Of a stretch of DNA of 64,000 nt, positions 1 to 9,181 are shown piece by piece; the stretch's first letter is position 1, and the number at the start of each line of letters is the position of its first letter. The stretch comes from Candidatus Omnitrophota bacterium (GTDB taxonomy: Bacteria; Omnitrophota; Gorgyraeia; Zapsychrales; Fredricksoniimonadaceae): assembly GCA_903860135.1 (NCBI GenBank), contig CAIOPG010000009.1, positions 111,805 through 175,804 of the forward strand. Direction: 5' to 3'. The notes beneath the pieces are model-generated. The model ran no database searches. It was not told the DNA's origin and worked only from the letters and a program-made list of their open reading frames with translations. The translations under genes were made by a program, and so were the position numbers.

Positions 1-390
1 AACATTTTCAGCCGATGTTAAAATCATCCCGGTATCGAGCAAGTCTGAAACCTGCGCTTCCGGAACATATGTGGATTGTAAATCTGTCGTTAAGGTGTTT
101 GCTTCCTGAATGGCAACGACCGTCACCGGTGTTTCCGCAGGCGTTAAGGGTATAAAGGCAGGGAACAGATCAGAAGCGGATAAAAGAATCCGCGGCTCAA
201 GCGCTTCAAGTTGAAATTTTGACTGTCTTGAATTCACAAGCGGTATCCTGCCAAGATCAGGTGTATAAATTTTTTGATGATAAATTGAATTTACATCCAA
301 AGCCTGTTTACTGTCAACACCAAAATAAAAATTTTTTAAAGCCCTCAGGCAATATCGCCCTGACCGAAAGATAGTCCGTCTTCCAGCCAT
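1..390 (-). CDS. secA: C-terminal continuation of the SecA-family gene in a different frame (helical scaffold domain region); partial, runs off left edge
   Basis: The minus-strand frame opens at ATG 390..388 and has no stop before position 1. Its translation reads MAGRRTIFRSGRYCL...LEALEPRILLSASDL. This aligns with the SecA segment just after the point where the upstream ORF stops: RRAIYSQRNELL ... LRERILAQS. Confidence 0.45.
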   Translation of the reverse strand, partial: MAGRRTIFRSGRYCLRALKNFYFGVDSKQALDVNSIYHQKIYTPDLGRIPLVNSRQSKFQLEALEPRILLSASDLFPAFIPLTPAETPVTVVAIQEANTLTTDLQSTYVPEAQVSDLLDTGMILTSAENV

Positions 391-2333
391 GTGTCGGCCT
401 GCAGGACACTGCGGCGGCGCTGAGAATTACTCCTTAAGGCCGCAGCCTGGGCCCAATGGATCAGCCCTTGTGCAGCCTGATAAGCACCGGGATGCCCCTG
501 TTCCAATGCATAAGCGATTCGCTGGCGGACTGCTTCGGGTAAATATCGGCACAACAACTCATCATCCAGACTGACAAAAGACCGGGCACTGCCCGCATCT
601 CCCTGTCGTGCCGCCCGGCCAAAAAGTTGCCGGTCGATGCGCCGGCTTTCATGGCATTCGGTAGCAATAACATGCAACCCGCCCAAAGCCGCCACACCAT
701 TACCCAACAGAATATCCGTTCCGCGGCCAGCCATATTTGTGGCTACTGTTATCGCACCGTGCTGTCCGGCCTGGGCGACAATAGCCGCTTCTTCCTTATG
801 TTGAACCGCATTCAAAACCCGGTGAGACAAGTTCAACCGATCCAATCTGCGGGACAGGTCTTCACTGATCCGCACACTGCGCGTGCCGATCAGGACCGGC
901 CGTCCGCTGTGGTGAATCCGGGATATCTCTTCTGTAATGGCCTGCCATTTGGCTTCGTGAGTAACGCGTATCTGACGCTTATAAACCTGACGCTGGCAAG
1001 GTTTGTTTTCCAGGATTGGCACCACCGTCAGTCCATAGACCTGCCATAACTCCTGCCGAGCTTCACGCGCCGTACCGGTCATCCCGCACAACCGATGAAA
1101 GAACCGGAAGAATCGCTGAAAACTCAGCCGAGCCAAGGTCTCATTCATAGGCGAAATATCAAGGTTCTCCTTGGCCTCTATCATCTGATGCAATCCGGCC
1201 TGCCAGCTGCGTTGTGCCATCTTGCGGCCGGTGAACTCATCGACGATCACCACCTTGCCCTGATCCAGGACATATTGTTTGTCGCGAATATAGAATTCTC
1301 GTGCGGTCAAAGCCTGTTCCATCAACTCTTCGAGCCGGTGCACCCCCTGGAACATGACCGGAAAGCCTGCTGCTGCCGCCACAAGCCGTTCACGGCCGCG
1401 CCCGGTGATCCTAACCTCGTGATAACGGGTATCCACCTGATAATCAATGAGAGGATCGAATACCCCGGCCAACCTGGCAGCTGCGAAGCAGGCCGCAGTC
1501 AAAAATTGATCATTGCGGGCGCTGGATATGATCAGCGGCGTAACAGCTTCATCGATCAGCACACTATCGGCTTCATCCACAATAGCACTGTGGATCCCCC
1601 GCATCACCAGTTGCTGATCAAAGCGGGCCTGCATGCCCAAATAAGAGCGAATTTGCCGCCGATTATATTTCTGCAAGAGTCCCAAAAAAAGCCGGTCGCG
1701 CAGAAAATCCGCAGCCATTTCCTTTGCCGTCACATAGGTGATATCTTTCAAATAGTTTTCCCGGCGTTCAACGGGACTCATCACCCCGGTTACCGCGCCT
1801 GCGGAAACCCCGCAATAATCATACAAAGGTTTTAGCCAACGGCTATCCCGTTCGGCCAGATAATCATTAACAGTGATGATATGAGCCGGCAGGCCTGTCC
1901 AACCCAGAAGGACCGCATAAAGACCGGCCGTAAGGGTTTTTCCTTCTCCGGTAGCCATCTCAATGATATGGCCTTGGGCCAGGCCAAGGGCGCCGGCCAT
2001 CTGCACCCGATACGGGTCCAGTCCCAGACTGCGGCGAGCCGATTCCCGTACGGCGGCCAATGCCGACAGGATCGACTGTTCATGACCTGTCTTATGCCGC
2101 CGAAAAATGGAACGATATTGCCGTAACGAGGCCTTGAGCTGATCATCAGACATTCGTTCCATGGCCGATCGATACGTTTCGATGGCCATCGCTGATGTGC
2201 GCAATCGGCGGCTGACCAAAGGTGAATTGCGGAATAGCCCGGCGATATGGGCAAAGACCGCATCCGGCCCCGTCGGTAGAGGGCGAGGGCGAACAATAAG
2301 TGTCCGTTGATAGTCGTGACTCAATGTACTCAT
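345..2333 (-). CDS. secA: SecA-family preprotein translocase ATPase (motor domains NBD1/PPXD/NBD2 and start of HSD); reading frame broken near 380, so the gene may be a pseudogene or an assembly error
   Basis: SecA hallmarks are present: MATGEGKTLTA (Walker A), IVDEADSVLIDEAVTPLIIS (DEAD box), GMTGTA, ATNMAGRGTDI and HESRRIDRQLFGRAARQGDAGS. The N-terminus MSTLSHDYQRTL resembles SecA's SRNDRTL. The start at 2333 overlaps the stop of the upstream M50-HlyD gene as TGATG. The ORF track extends the start to 2402. Confidence 0.8.
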   Translation of the reverse strand: MSTLSHDYQRTLIVRPRPLPTGPDAVFAHIAGLFRNSPLVSRRLRTSAMAIETYRSAMERMSDDQLKASLRQYRSIFRRHKTGHEQSILSALAAVRESARRSLGLDPYRVQMAGALGLAQGHIIEMATGEGKTLTAGLYAVLLGWTGLPAHIITVNDYLAERDSRWLKPLYDYCGVSAGAVTGVMSPVERRENYLKDITYVTAKEMAADFLRDRLFLGLLQKYNRRQIRSYLGMQARFDQQLVMRGIHSAIVDEADSVLIDEAVTPLIISSARNDQFLTAACFAAARLAGVFDPLIDYQVDTRYHEVRITGRGRERLVAAAAGFPVMFQGVHRLEELMEQALTAREFYIRDKQYVLDQGKVVIVDEFTGRKMAQRSWQAGLHQMIEAKENLDISPMNETLARLSFQRFFRFFHRLCGMTGTAREARQELWQVYGLTVVPILENKPCQRQVYKRQIRVTHEAKWQAITEEISRIHHSGRPVLIGTRSVRISEDLSRRLDRLNLSHRVLNAVQHKEEAAIVAQAGQHGAITVATNMAGRGTDILLGNGVAALGGLHVIATECHESRRIDRQLFGRAARQGDAGSARSFVSLDDELLCRYLPEAVRQRIAYALEQGHPGAYQAAQGLIHWAQAAALRSNSQRRRSVLQADTWLEDGLSFGQGDIA

Positions 2334-4486
2334 CAGAGATAGTAGCGTTTCTGCAACAACTGTTGAACCCGGCGCCAGCCTTGTTTGAAAAGGGGCTCCC
2401 ATCGCAAATTATACCGGATGACTCCTGAACGGCCGTGCCAGAACACCACTCTTGCAGAATGCTCAAGCCCAACGCGCAACTCATAAAATGGTTCCGCTGA
2501 TTTGCGTCCGCTCTGGTCTTTGACATCCACCGGGATATCACCGCCCCCCATCCAGCCCAGGGCCAACGAAGGCAGTTCAGATTGCTCCATGGGAATCTTG
2601 ACATAACTCCGGCCAGCGATATCGATGTGGGCCTGGCCATGCAAACGCACCGTCGAAGAAAGAATCTCGTTAGCAAAAATACGCGACACATCCTGTTCCG
2701 ATACAACACTACGAAAAACAAAAGACCTCTCGTCAACGAGCTGACCCACGGGAAAGCCGCGCGGCAGCCACATTCCCCGGTAATTGGCCAAGTTGGGTGC
2801 TGACCACTGGGCATCGATCGGCGCCCGTACCAGGCATTCTTTCTGCTGACCCATCAGCTGATCCAGCTGTTCCTGTAAAGCTGCTATCCGCCGCTGGGTT
2901 GGATGAATATCTGCCGTAGTCCGCGCCAAATTTTCATGCAAACGGGCATTCTCCTGCTCAATGGCAGCTTTCACATCCTGAACTTTCCAGTCTAATTCCT
3001 GGTTCTCGATCCGTAAAAGCAATGTCCCTCTCTGGACACGGGAGCCGGACAAAGCCGGGGCCTCATGGATGATACCGGCCACAGGCATGGCAACCATCTG
3101 ATAGCCAGAAGCCTCGAGCACTCCCGTCGTCTTAAACGATGAAGGGAAGGGAATGATCGAACCAAAAAGGATCACGGCGAGGGCACCACCACCACATACG
3201 GCATAAGCCCGGCCTCGGACCTTCATCAGGCGTGGATTAAAGAAAAGATACTGGCTGGTACGGATAAGCGGCAAAATACCCCATGATACAAGCCCTGCGG
3301 CCCCCATCAGCATACCTAATAACAGAAAACGGTCCGATATAAAAAATAGGATGCCGATGGACAAAAAGAACCGGTAAATACCGCTCAGTATCCCATAAAT
3401 CGTCAACCACACGGCTTCTTTCCTTGACGTTACCGGCGGCTGAGCCTCGCGCATACCAAACACATAGCGTTCCAGGAAATAAGTCATTTCCTGCTGCGCC
3501 AACTGCGCCATATTGGCAATATCAAGAAGATCAGAAAGAATATAATAGCCGTCGTAACGCAACAGAGGGTTAATATTGAACAGGACCGTTGAGACCGATG
3601 CCACAAAAATAATATTATAAGCCAGGGAGTGGATCAGTCCCGGTCCGGTGGCCGCCCAGACAAAAACAGCCAGTGCGGCAATAAAAAGTTCCACGATCAT
3701 GCCAGCTGACCCCACCATGACGCGCGCAATTTTACGGCGAAACGCCCAAGCCCCGGACGCATCCACATAGGGCAATGGCGTAAAGATCATGAACATCACG
3801 CCCATAACATGCGTTTCTCCGCCAAAATGCCTGACGGCCATGGCATGCCCGAATTCATGCAAGGTCTTGACCAGCGCGAGTCCCAGATATAAAAGAAGAA
3901 GATTGGATGGCGCTAGAATCCCCTGGCTTTGCGCCTGCAATTCCTGCCAATGATCAACAGCACTTTTTATAGCAAACCCAAGCACCGCCAACCATAAAGC
4001 CGCTCCGAGTTTAGAAAAAATCCAGCAAAAGAACGGATAGACCCGATTCAGCCAGGGTTGAGGATCTAACAACGGGATACGGAAAAACATAATATTCTGC
4101 AGATTGAACCAACGGGTCTTGCGCTGGCGTTGTTGATTCCGTTCAAACAAGCGAAGACTTTCCCACGGCATCCGATACTGTAACAGATTAGCCTGATACA
4201 GCTGAGACAAAAGCTGAACCAGTTCTTCCTGGCCAGGAGCATGGTCCGGATCACGTTCCAGTGCTTGACGCCAAACATCTTCAACCGTATGCAATCCGTT
4301 CAAACGGGATAAAAATTCCCAGGCTTCGGGGCGAATACGAAAAAACGTATTCCCCAGCGGATCTTCGAGCACATACCATTTCTGTCCCTGAAAAAATTGC
4401 CGCCGGATATTCACAGCGGAACGCAAACAGATACGCTGGTCGGCAATACGGTACCAGGATTCATGGAACATTTTACTCTGGGACAT
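2333..4486 (-). CDS. Fusion of an M50 (site-2-protease-like) membrane metalloprotease domain with a C-terminal HlyD-type membrane-fusion (periplasmic adaptor) domain
   Basis: It has HEFGHAMAVRHFGGETH (HExxH zinc motif) inside hydrophobic segments and NPLLRYDGYYILSDLL (the S2P NxxPxxxxDG motif). The C-terminal ~300 aa show HlyD/biotin-lipoyl-like barrel features and a coiled coil (IENQELDWKVQDVKAAIEQENARLHENL). Confidence 0.75.
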   Translation of the reverse strand: MSQSKMFHESWYRIADQRICLRSAVNIRRQFFQGQKWYVLEDPLGNTFFRIRPEAWEFLSRLNGLHTVEDVWRQALERDPDHAPGQEELVQLLSQLYQANLLQYRMPWESLRLFERNQQRQRKTRWFNLQNIMFFRIPLLDPQPWLNRVYPFFCWIFSKLGAALWLAVLGFAIKSAVDHWQELQAQSQGILAPSNLLLLYLGLALVKTLHEFGHAMAVRHFGGETHVMGVMFMIFTPLPYVDASGAWAFRRKIARVMVGSAGMIVELFIAALAVFVWAATGPGLIHSLAYNIIFVASVSTVLFNINPLLRYDGYYILSDLLDIANMAQLAQQEMTYFLERYVFGMREAQPPVTSRKEAVWLTIYGILSGIYRFFLSIGILFFISDRFLLLGMLMGAAGLVSWGILPLIRTSQYLFFNPRLMKVRGRAYAVCGGGALAVILFGSIIPFPSSFKTTGVLEASGYQMVAMPVAGIIHEAPALSGSRVQRGTLLLRIENQELDWKVQDVKAAIEQENARLHENLARTTADIHPTQRRIAALQEQLDQLMGQQKECLVRAPIDAQWSAPNLANYRGMWLPRGFPVGQLVDERSFVFRSVVSEQDVSRIFANEILSSTVRLHGQAHIDIAGRSYVKIPMEQSELPSLALGWMGGGDIPVDVKDQSGRKSAEPFYELRVGLEHSARVVFWHGRSGVIRYNLRWEPLFKQGWRRVQQLLQKRYYL

Positions 4487-4492
4487 AAAGTG

Positions 4493-6355
4493 TCACCACC
4501 AGAACTTAACAAGCAGAAAATCAAGCGTTTTGTGCGTCCACATCCACAGCAAGGTCTTGTACCCGCCCCGGAGTTTACCAACACCCGTCATGCCTGGCCG
4601 CCACCACGACGGAGTTTCAGACAATAATGCCGCGTGGACAACAAAATAATTACCCTTGTCATTGGCTATCGCGACAGGTTCAATGCGTATAACCTTGACC
4701 CGGCGCATATCCTGAGGGCGGCTGGCCAGAATGACTTGTCCGTCAACCGCAAACTTAAGGTGTTGTATCTCCGATTCAGGGACATTCAATTCCACATAGA
4801 TCTTGCCGGACCGCGCAACCCGAAATAAATTTTCTCCCTGACGCACAATCGAACCGATACGTTCCTTGAGGTCCCCCTCAACAATAATGCCGTCAAACGG
4901 AGATTTAATGTCCATCTGTGACAAACGATATTGCACAAGCCCTCGCTTGGCAGTCGTCTGATCCACCATCGCCTGGGCCATGCGCATCGTTGCCAGATCA
5001 TCCTGCGCCCGGACTTTTTCTGTTTCACGTTGATAACGGCTGATCTCCGCCTCGAGCGACGAACTCTCGAGTTGCAATTCATCCTTATCCAACTGCAGGA
5101 GAACCTGACCCGTCACAACGTCATCTCCTGGGCGTACATTCACCGCGGCAATATGCCCGTCGGTCGGAGCCGTCAGGTAAGCCACATTATCGGTGCGCAC
5201 GATCACAGGCGCATGGACCTGATAAGGAAACGGAATAAGTGCCATGAGGATCACCAAACAACCAGCCCCTATCCAGAGATAACGCCAAAACTCTTTTCTG
5301 TTCTCTTGCCACCTGGCCAAAACCGACAAAAAACGGTGCCAAGCTACAAATCCGATCCAGCGGTCATTGTCTTTCAGGTCCGCCATTCGGCGAGAAATCC
5401 CATCACATTCCATATGAATCAACGCCAATTCCTGGGATGTAAAAGCACCGGTGGTGCGTTCTAACACAAAGCCGGCGACGGGAACGTCATTAAGACGTAA
5501 GGGAACTGTACAAAGAAACGGAAGTTTCTGCGATTTCTGGTACGCTTCATGGTCACGAACAATATGCCGGCCACTATTATCATGAGGCATGACAATCTCG
5601 GTATTTTGATCGAGTGCTTCCTCGACAACGGCCTCGAGCATTTTCACCTGATCCATCTTGGCTTCAAAATGATCCCGATGACTGATCGCCTTAAGCCGCA
5701 CATAATGCTTTTCCAGCCAGCCTAGACTGACCTGCTGACATTGATGGCGTCCGGCTATTTCATTGCATACCACCATCGCCGCGGCAAGGAAATGTTTCTC
5801 ATTATTGATCAATGAAGAAAGGTCAAGAATCCCGGCCAGATTTTCTACCTGTCCTTTAGCTTCCTGAAGCAGGCGCACGGTGTTGTAACTGGCAGGCACA
5901 TCCGCCAGCAGCAAGAGTTTTTCAAAACGCTCGGCGTTCGGCCGTGCGGTTCCTGAAGGCAGAATGAACCCCGCATAACATAAATCCTGCGACCGTCCGG
6001 TTAAAATGGGAAGTGCGACCACAAAACGATCGCCACTGATCCAAATGTCAACCACTGCCGTTGTACCAGCTAAAATATCCCGGTGAGAAAGCCACTCCAG
6101 AAAAATCCCGATCAGAAAGTGGGACTTTTTATCTGCGGGTGCTACCGTAATGGCCTGCCATGATTGACCGATGCCAGCATTCTTTACAGCAAGAACCCCG
6201 ACTTCCGCCTGACACTTCTTACAAAGGAAATCCAGATACGCTGGCCAAAATTCAGCCGGAGTCCCAATAAAATTCCGCAAGGCCAGAGCATCCGCCGGAG
6301 CGTTGTTCGGTGCAGGCGGTGGCCCGCTGTTATGGCGCGGTGAGTCCATTGTCAT
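4493..6355 (-). CDS. HlyD-family periplasmic adaptor with a large N-terminal cytoplasmic GAF-like sensor domain
   Basis: About 340 aa of soluble N-terminal domain are followed by a single TM (FWRYLWIGAGCLVILMALIPFPY). A HlyD signature follows: coiled coil plus the biotin-lipoyl hybrid motif (GQVLLQLD ... DIKSPFDGIIVEGDLKERIGSIVRQGENLFRVA). Confidence 0.7.
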   Translation of the reverse strand: MTMDSPRHNSGPPPAPNNAPADALALRNFIGTPAEFWPAYLDFLCKKCQAEVGVLAVKNAGIGQSWQAITVAPADKKSHFLIGIFLEWLSHRDILAGTTAVVDIWISGDRFVVALPILTGRSQDLCYAGFILPSGTARPNAERFEKLLLLADVPASYNTVRLLQEAKGQVENLAGILDLSSLINNEKHFLAAAMVVCNEIAGRHQCQQVSLGWLEKHYVRLKAISHRDHFEAKMDQVKMLEAVVEEALDQNTEIVMPHDNSGRHIVRDHEAYQKSQKLPFLCTVPLRLNDVPVAGFVLERTTGAFTSQELALIHMECDGISRRMADLKDNDRWIGFVAWHRFLSVLARWQENRKEFWRYLWIGAGCLVILMALIPFPYQVHAPVIVRTDNVAYLTAPTDGHIAAVNVRPGDDVVTGQVLLQLDKDELQLESSSLEAEISRYQRETEKVRAQDDLATMRMAQAMVDQTTAKRGLVQYRLSQMDIKSPFDGIIVEGDLKERIGSIVRQGENLFRVARSGKIYVELNVPESEIQHLKFAVDGQVILASRPQDMRRVKVIRIEPVAIANDKGNYFVVHAALLSETPSWWRPGMTGVGKLRGGYKTLLWMWTHKTLDFLLVKFWW

Positions 6356-7220
6356 TTGATAATGTCATGACAGCATTAAGGCCTGGCACAACACCTCCCT
6401 TATCATTATCGAGCAACACCTTGATTTTGCGCAGGCCGCTGGCGGCATCGGCTACAGGGGCAATATACTCTACCACCCCTTCCCGTCGTACCATCTGCTC
6501 CCCATCTCCTATCTTGAGAAAAACCCTGCGCCCGGTTTGTAACTGGCTGGCCAAATTATGATCAACATTCGTCACGAAACGAACCTTGCTAACATCAACC
6601 ACTCGAAAGACAGCTTCCTGCGGTTGGCAGGACTCGCCCGCCTCCAGCTTGAGGTCTACCACAATCCCGTCGAAAGGCGCCTTGATGAACCGCTTGTTAA
6701 GTTCGGCATTGGCCAGTTGGAATTCAAGCTGTTCACGCCGGCGTGTAACTTTCAAGTTGGCCACTTCATACTTGGCCAGGTCATAGTCCAGTTTCTTTTT
6801 GCGCAACTCCTCGGCACTGACGGAATGGGTTTGCTGATAAAGCGCCAGCGTACCTTTAAGGTCGTATAACAACAGCGCCACCTTGCTTAAGGCCGAATCA
6901 AGTTCACTGCTGTTGGTGGCAATAAGTTTACGCCGTTCCACTTCAAGCGTTTCGACTTCTTTTTCCAACTCAACCACCGGATCACCGCTTTTTACACAAT
7001 CACCTTCTTTATGGACAAGGCGAGCCACCTTACCGGCCACTTCAACCCCGATCTTTGCTTGACGGAAAGGCTCAATAATACCAGCACTCGAAAACGCTTC
7101 CGCACACCAGCCTTGACCGGGAGCCACTAGGATCATCGCAAATAATAAAAATATTCCGCCACTCCATGCGCGTATGCCTTGACGAGAAAAATAATTCAAG
7201 AATTTCATTTTAGTCCTCAA
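6330..7220 (-). CDS. HlyD/RND-type membrane fusion protein (periplasmic adaptor subunit)
   Basis: It has an N-terminal signal/anchor and the adaptor motifs GDCVKSGDPVVELEKE and KAPFDGIVVDLKLEAGE. It overlaps both the upstream and downstream genes, consistent with an operon. Confidence 0.8.
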   Translation of the reverse strand: MRTKMKFLNYFSRQGIRAWSGGIFLLFAMILVAPGQGWCAEAFSSAGIIEPFRQAKIGVEVAGKVARLVHKEGDCVKSGDPVVELEKEVETLEVERRKLIATNSSELDSALSKVALLLYDLKGTLALYQQTHSVSAEELRKKKLDYDLAKYEVANLKVTRRREQLEFQLANAELNKRFIKAPFDGIVVDLKLEAGESCQPQEAVFRVVDVSKVRFVTNVDHNLASQLQTGRRVFLKIGDGEQMVRREGVVEYIAPVADAASGLRKIKVLLDNDKGGVVPGLNAVMTLSNDNGLTAP

Positions 7221-8856
7221 GTTTTTCGTAATATTTTGAATACAACTTTGTGTTCTCGCTATAACTTTCCAGATTATTGTCGATCAACAACGAACCGCGC
7301 GTCAGGGCCAATTCCTGCACCATCTGATAATAGCGAACCTGTTGTTCGAGTGTTTTCTTTCGCGTATCCGCGTATTTTTCATTGACTTCATAAACCAAAC
7401 GATTATGACTTAACCCCATCTTCATTTTTCGAATCTCTATGTTCAGTAAAGACTTTTTAATGTCCGACGCGGTCTGATATGCCTTAACCCGCTGATTGAG
7501 TAGTTTTACCCGAGTAACAAGGGTATTGACCACCGCCATTACCGCAAAGCGGGTTTGCTTAAAGGATTCTTCGGATTTCTTACGTTTAATGCGGGCAGAA
7601 TCCAGTTCCCGACGCTCCTTAAACCCCAAAAGAAGAGGCACCTTGACTTCAAACCCGACAGACCAAGCGGGATAATTGTGATCTTGGATCTCATGCCAAG
7701 CTACCGAATTATCACGTCCATAGCCATTGTACCCGTAACGTCCGTTGACGTTGACTTCTGGAAAAGATTGATTGAGATAATAACGGTAGGCCATCTTGTC
7801 GCGCTCCAACTCATGGATCTTGATCATGATATCCGGCTGCCAATTTAATTCGTCTTCTGAAAGGCGCTCCAGATGAACCTTCATTTGCTTGTCGATCCAC
7901 CCACCGGATCGAGACATCCCTTGCACCCTGATCTTATGAACCGAATTATATTCTCGCTTGTATCCCAAGGTGATCTTAAGTTGATTCATAGCCACCAGCT
8001 GATCTTCATAAGCTTCACAGCGTGCGGCCAGCCCTTGCAAGAACTCAGAGCGGATATCCAGCAATTCAGCCTCGGACATCTTGCCCACGTTGTGGCGCAC
8101 CCGGCCGTCATCGAGCAACCATTTTAAAATGTGATACGTATCTGATGCAATACAAAATTTCTGTTGGGCAAAAGCCAGATTCCAGTACGCCGCCTGCACC
8201 TGATAAATACCTGCCATCAGTTTCTGACGGTATTGATGGTACCCGATAACACGATCTTCCAAAGCCAACCGTGTTTTGACCATTGGCGCACCAGACCATG
8301 CCCCTTTCAATAATGGCTGTGATAAATCCGCCCCGGTAAAGGCCTCATATTCACGCCCTGGCCGTGGATTAATATTGCTACGGATAGAATTCAAGGTATA
8401 CGCCAGTTTATATTCAGCGCCGGTAGGTAAAGCCCCCTTCAAACCGGTACTGTATTTGTCGGTCAAATCGTCATAGACCGGAAGGCCGCCCAAAGCAACA
8501 CTTTCTTGAGAGGTGTTCTCCCTTTTCAGGCCTTCTCTATTATAGGAGGCAAATACCTGTGGCTCGAATTCCCCAAGGCTAGCGACAACGGCATTGCGGC
8601 GTATCAACCAATCGTGGTAGGCATCCCTAACCTCAGGGTTGGTCTTGATCGCTTGGGCAACAACATCCATCAATGACAAGTCAGCTACAGGCAACGCTAA
8701 CGCTGTCGTTGTCCGGGTTAACGATAACAATATAAAAAGAATAATCGGGAATAAAGAATGAGGCATAACACGTGCGGTCAAGAAGCAAAGAAACACTTTC
8801 ATCACGTTATTCACCATTAGCAAGAAAGGTATCCATCGTCTCAAAACCAAAGTCAA
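7210..8856 (-). CDS. TolC-like outer membrane efflux protein (outer membrane factor)
   Basis: A signal peptide precedes typical OMF repeats (LSLMDVVAQAIKTNPEVRDAYHDWLIRRN). The 548-aa length is typical, and the gene is the first in a run of adaptor genes. Confidence 0.8.
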   Translation of the reverse strand: MTLVLRRWIPFLLMVNNVMKVFLCFLTARVMPHSLFPIILFILLSLTRTTTALALPVADLSLMDVVAQAIKTNPEVRDAYHDWLIRRNAVVASLGEFEPQVFASYNREGLKRENTSQESVALGGLPVYDDLTDKYSTGLKGALPTGAEYKLAYTLNSIRSNINPRPGREYEAFTGADLSQPLLKGAWSGAPMVKTRLALEDRVIGYHQYRQKLMAGIYQVQAAYWNLAFAQQKFCIASDTYHILKWLLDDGRVRHNVGKMSEAELLDIRSEFLQGLAARCEAYEDQLVAMNQLKITLGYKREYNSVHKIRVQGMSRSGGWIDKQMKVHLERLSEDELNWQPDIMIKIHELERDKMAYRYYLNQSFPEVNVNGRYGYNGYGRDNSVAWHEIQDHNYPAWSVGFEVKVPLLLGFKERRELDSARIKRKKSEESFKQTRFAVMAVVNTLVTRVKLLNQRVKAYQTASDIKKSLLNIEIRKMKMGLSHNRLVYEVNEKYADTRKKTLEQQVRYYQMVQELALTRGSLLIDNNLESYSENTKLYSKYYEKLED

Positions 8857-9181
8857 TTGTCCTCTTTAGTCTTCAAGGGTCTACTTAAACACAAAGCATC
8901 TGGTTAAAATCATTGATCTTTATGGCAGACAACAAGACTCTACTTAAATATAAATTTTGATATTTTTGATTGACAAGAAATACTACAACATAAATCGAAA
9001 TTCATCAATAAAATAAAATTTCACAAATATGACCCGAACTCCAAATTATAACTAGCACACGATGGATCAATAAATTATCTATAGGTCGGAGAGGCTAAGT
9101 GAACAACGGCATACTTCACGCCGTCAAGGACAGCAGCCATAGCAGTAATGACATGCCGTGTTATCTCCTGATGCAATACGA
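8857..9181. promoter_or_regulatory. AT-rich 325-bp intergenic region upstream of the tolC-led operon; contains a direct repeat TCTACTTAAA(C/T)A(C/T)AAA x2
   Basis: It is the largest non-coding gap in the left 18 kb. It lies immediately 5' of the tolC-like start and its repeat units are about 50 bp apart. Confidence 0.4.

Noticed and set aside
1095-1835. 246-aa plus-strand ORF inside the secA-family gene (and similar antisense ORFs such as 627..1049, 14475..15077, 55939..56901, 60383..60832)
   Set aside because: They lie entirely antisense to genes with strong motif support, have no RBS, and their composition is the mirror of the sense gene (shadow ORFs).
2333-2402. ORF-track start of the secA-family gene at 2402 (70-nt overlap with upstream gene)
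   Set aside because: The internal ATG at 2333 gives an N-terminus that aligns with the SecA SRNDRTL region and overlaps the upstream stop by the common TGATG coupling arrangement. The longer start is unnecessary.
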